Positions 61,890 through 64,000 of a DNA stretch of 64,000 nt are shown here, in pieces. Both the position numbers and the translations under genes were made by a program. This stretch comes from Verrucomicrobiota bacterium (GTDB lineage: Bacteria > Verrucomicrobiota > Verrucomicrobiia > Opitutales > Cerasicoccaceae), in the NCBI GenBank assembly GCA_039818205.1, contig JBCBUK010000011.1, positions 32,001 to 96,000 on the forward strand. Direction: 5' to 3'. The number at the start of each line of letters is the position of its first letter. Positions within the stretch are counted from its first letter, which is position 1. The notes under the pieces were generated by a model. That model worked only from the letters and a program-made list of their open reading frames with translations, had not been told where the DNA came from and did not search any database.

Positions 61890-64000
61890 CTATTCGTCTA
61901 CCGGAATATTCGCGACATCATAGCTGATGTCGAAGCGGATAAATAGACGCGCGCCCTTCACAAACCGAGCCTCAACCAAATCGTAAAACGGTCCGGTGAA
62001 AACGACCCGATAATCGTCTTCGAACGGCATGAAGTTGACTAGGTCGGTCGAGTATTCGACGTGATATCCGAGCAGCGGATAATTCTTTCGGCGTTCGAAT
62101 TGAAAACCGAAGGTCGTGCTCGTTACTTCGAATGCGGGAAACTCGGTTGAGCGAGTGGGATGCCCATCGATGGCAAACTCTGCGAGATTTGAAAAAGAAT
62201 CGCCGTCGGGATTCGAATTCGGGTCGGTGTAGAAGGGGTCGTTGAGTTGCTCCGGGGTTAGGCGTAACTCCAGCCACGGTTGATATGCCGCCAAGCCCAT
62301 TATGGCCGTTATAATGGTCCAATTTTCTTCAAAGTTGGATAAAACGGTGCCGTCGAAGCTGACGGTGTCCTGAGATTTTAGCGTTCGAAAAGCGATTCGA
62401 AGGTCGTAGGTGCCGATGGGCTCAAGAGCATTGCGCTCGATAAAGCCACTCAACCCATCGTCAGCAATGTTGATGAGGTCTCCCGAGTAGACGAGTTCGT
62501 CGTTGGTTCGGTCAGTGGCAGTTACCGATACCGTGGTGTTAGGCCCAGAGGCATCGAACCCCGTCCAGGCGACGGGAACGGGAAGCGACGGGTCGAATAT
62601 CGTTTGGCTTAGGTAAGTCGTATCGATCTGCGTCGCTGGAAACGTTGTGCTAGTTCCGCCGGGTTCGAGGCGAGCGCTTGAGGGGCCCCCGCCGACGGTT
62701 TGGGTGACGTTGAACCGGTAGAAATCGTCGGGCCAGGCAGTGTCCAGGTCCTGTTCGGTATCAAAGCTTTGTTCGAGCTGCCATCGATCGCCAGTGGGAA
62801 CCAGGCGCTGGAGACTGCTCACCGGAGCGCCATTTACGTCTCGTTTGATGCTGGCAGCCGAAAGGGCCCCTTGGGTTGATTCAACGATTTCCGCTGTGAA
62901 TGAAAAGGGTTGGTCAGGTGCGTCGATCCCGTTGCCATTGTCGAAGTATTCGCCTCGTATGAGCCGAGCTTCGGCAATTCCGTCAAGGGTTGTCGGTGTG
63001 GTTCGAACCGGGAATTCCGTAAATGTCGCGGCGCGAAACACAATTTTCTCTGTGGATCCAATGGTGCTGGTGTCGCGGGTTTCGATACTGCCTTGATAGA
63101 GGGTATCGGGCTGCAGGCTGTTGGCGGAAATTTGGGCTTCGAATTCGTTGGTTCCGTCGGGAACGTTCGCGAATCGAGAGGCTACCACATCACCATTTTG
63201 GTTTTTAATTTGGATGAGGGCTTGGAGGACTCCGGTGCTACCATCAGGACGCTGAAATTTTATCTGGAAGCTGCGTCGGCTTTGAATGTTCTGGCATGCC
63301 TCCCAATTAACCACAGCGGTTGGTCCGGTGCTTCGTTCGGTCGTCGATTCTCCAAAAACCGACGCAGTGGTGCCGTCGGTGTTCCGCAAGCCCGCGCTAA
63401 AAAGACCGTCTTGGATGTCGGCCGTCGCGGCTCCGTCTAATTCGAAGCGATAGGTGTCCGGCAGAACGGGATCTGGAACCGGTTCGAGCGTGAAGGTCTG
63501 CCCAGTATGGAGTTGGTGGAGCGCGACCGCGGAAACGCCTTCTTCGACGGATCCATCGTAAGTAACGGTGAAAGTATCCTCGTCGGGGATCTCAACCGGG
63601 TCGCCGGCGGTGTTTTGCTCAAACCGCCGCCCCCAGATGACATTCAGGGTCTCTGCGAATCGATTTGCTACGACGTTTTGTGTTTTGATGACAAACCAGG
63701 TTTCGCGGATAAAACGGCTTTGCGTTTCATATTCATTGAACGCGCTGGCCTCATTGATTCTATCTGGGCTGACGAATTGGATGCGGGCGAGGTACTCCCG
63801 ATTTGCGGTCAAAGTCCCCGGTGGAATCTGGTAATTCCCGGTAAACTGACTCAGGTTGGATTGCTCGTGGACGACGGCTAGCGTGACTGGGTCAAAGACG
63901 GTAAAGTTGTGAAAATTCTCAAGACCAATGCCGCCCGAGGATCCGCCCGACGTCTGGCTGAGAACTAGGATGAGCGTCGTATTGACGCTGTAGTTCTCAG
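61890..64000 (-). CDS. Large secreted beta-rich protein, 5' end outside the window
   Basis: Frame is open to the window edge; C-terminal NPDGDSFSNLAEFA...VEYSTDL...FIR domain common in Verrucomicrobiota surface proteins. Confidence 0.8.
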   Translation of the reverse strand, partial: ENYSVNTTLILVLSQTSGGSSGGIGLENFHNFTVFDPVTLAVVHEQSNLSQFTGNYQIPPGTLTANREYLARIQFVSPDRINEASAFNEYETQSRFIRETWFVIKTQNVVANRFAETLNVIWGRRFEQNTAGDPVEIPDEDTFTVTYDGSVEEGVSAVALHQLHTGQTFTLEPVPDPVLPDTYRFELDGAATADIQDGLFSAGLRNTDGTTASVFGESTTERSTGPTAVVNWEACQNIQSRRSFQIKFQRPDGSTGVLQALIQIKNQNGDVVASRFANVPDGTNEFEAQISANSLQPDTLYQGSIETRDTSTIGSTEKIVFRAATFTEFPVRTTPTTLDGIAEARLIRGEYFDNGNGIDAPDQPFSFTAEIVESTQGALSAASIKRDVNGAPVSSLQRLVPTGDRWQLEQSFDTEQDLDTAWPDDFYRFNVTQTVGGGPSSARLEPGGTSTTFPATQIDTTYLSQTIFDPSLPVPVAWTGFDASGPNTTVSVTATDRTNDELVYSGDLINIADDGLSGFIERNALEPIGTYDLRIAFRTLKSQDTVSFDGTVLSNFEENWTIITAIMGLAAYQPWLELRLTPEQLNDPFYTDPNSNPDGDSFSNLAEFAIDGHPTRSTEFPAFEVTSTTFGFQFERRKNYPLLGYHVEYSTDLVNFMPFEDDYRVVFTGPFYDLVEARFVKGARLFIRFDISYDVANIPVDE

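Noticed and set aside
1..64000. CRISPR array, rRNA, IS element, integrase
   Set aside because: No regularly spaced repeats, rRNA-like sequence, transposase or tyrosine/serine recombinase motifs were recognised; the integrase presumably lies left of the window.

Overview
The window has two parts. Positions 1 to ~38,310 are the right-hand part of a temperate podovirus-like prophage; its left end and integrase lie outside the window. It contains an immunity region (XRE HTH plus RHH repressor), an early operon (excisionase-like HTH, DEDDh exonuclease, DUF2303, DUF5131, ASCH, WDGH, a C5 DNA methyltransferase, a DnaA-domain-IV protein, an initiator), a counter-oriented ArdC-N cassette, terS/terL/portal/scaffold/N4-gp56-type capsid, a lysis-position cassette with a papain-like protease, tail and SGNH-esterase genes, and ejection proteins. 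The prophage stops at the anticodon arm of a tRNA-Lys(UUU) of which only the 5' half is present at this junction. Positions ~38,340 to 64,000 are host chromosome, inferred to be Verrucomicrobiota (Opitutia/Puniceicoccales-like): a PEP-CTERM gene, a CruD-like acyltransferase, a lysine-less opsin, ybaB-recR, rpe, lptE, bamD, fabH, plsX, aroA, an ECF sigma locus, eda, a cNMP-GspE ATPase, rpmF and a ParA triad. The strongest leads are (1) a prophage lipoprotein carrying a copy of a helical hairpin from the phage's own scaffold, (2) a tRNA integration that is not 3'-restored, (3) a papain-protease lysis cassette with no recognisable endolysin, (4) a retinal-less opsin beside a carotenoid-type acyltransferase, (5) an internally deleted 37-aa Tad2/DUF2829 gene, and (6) an orphan ParA whose partner carries a MinD-type membrane-targeting helix. 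All family calls come from motif recognition by eye; no database searches were run.
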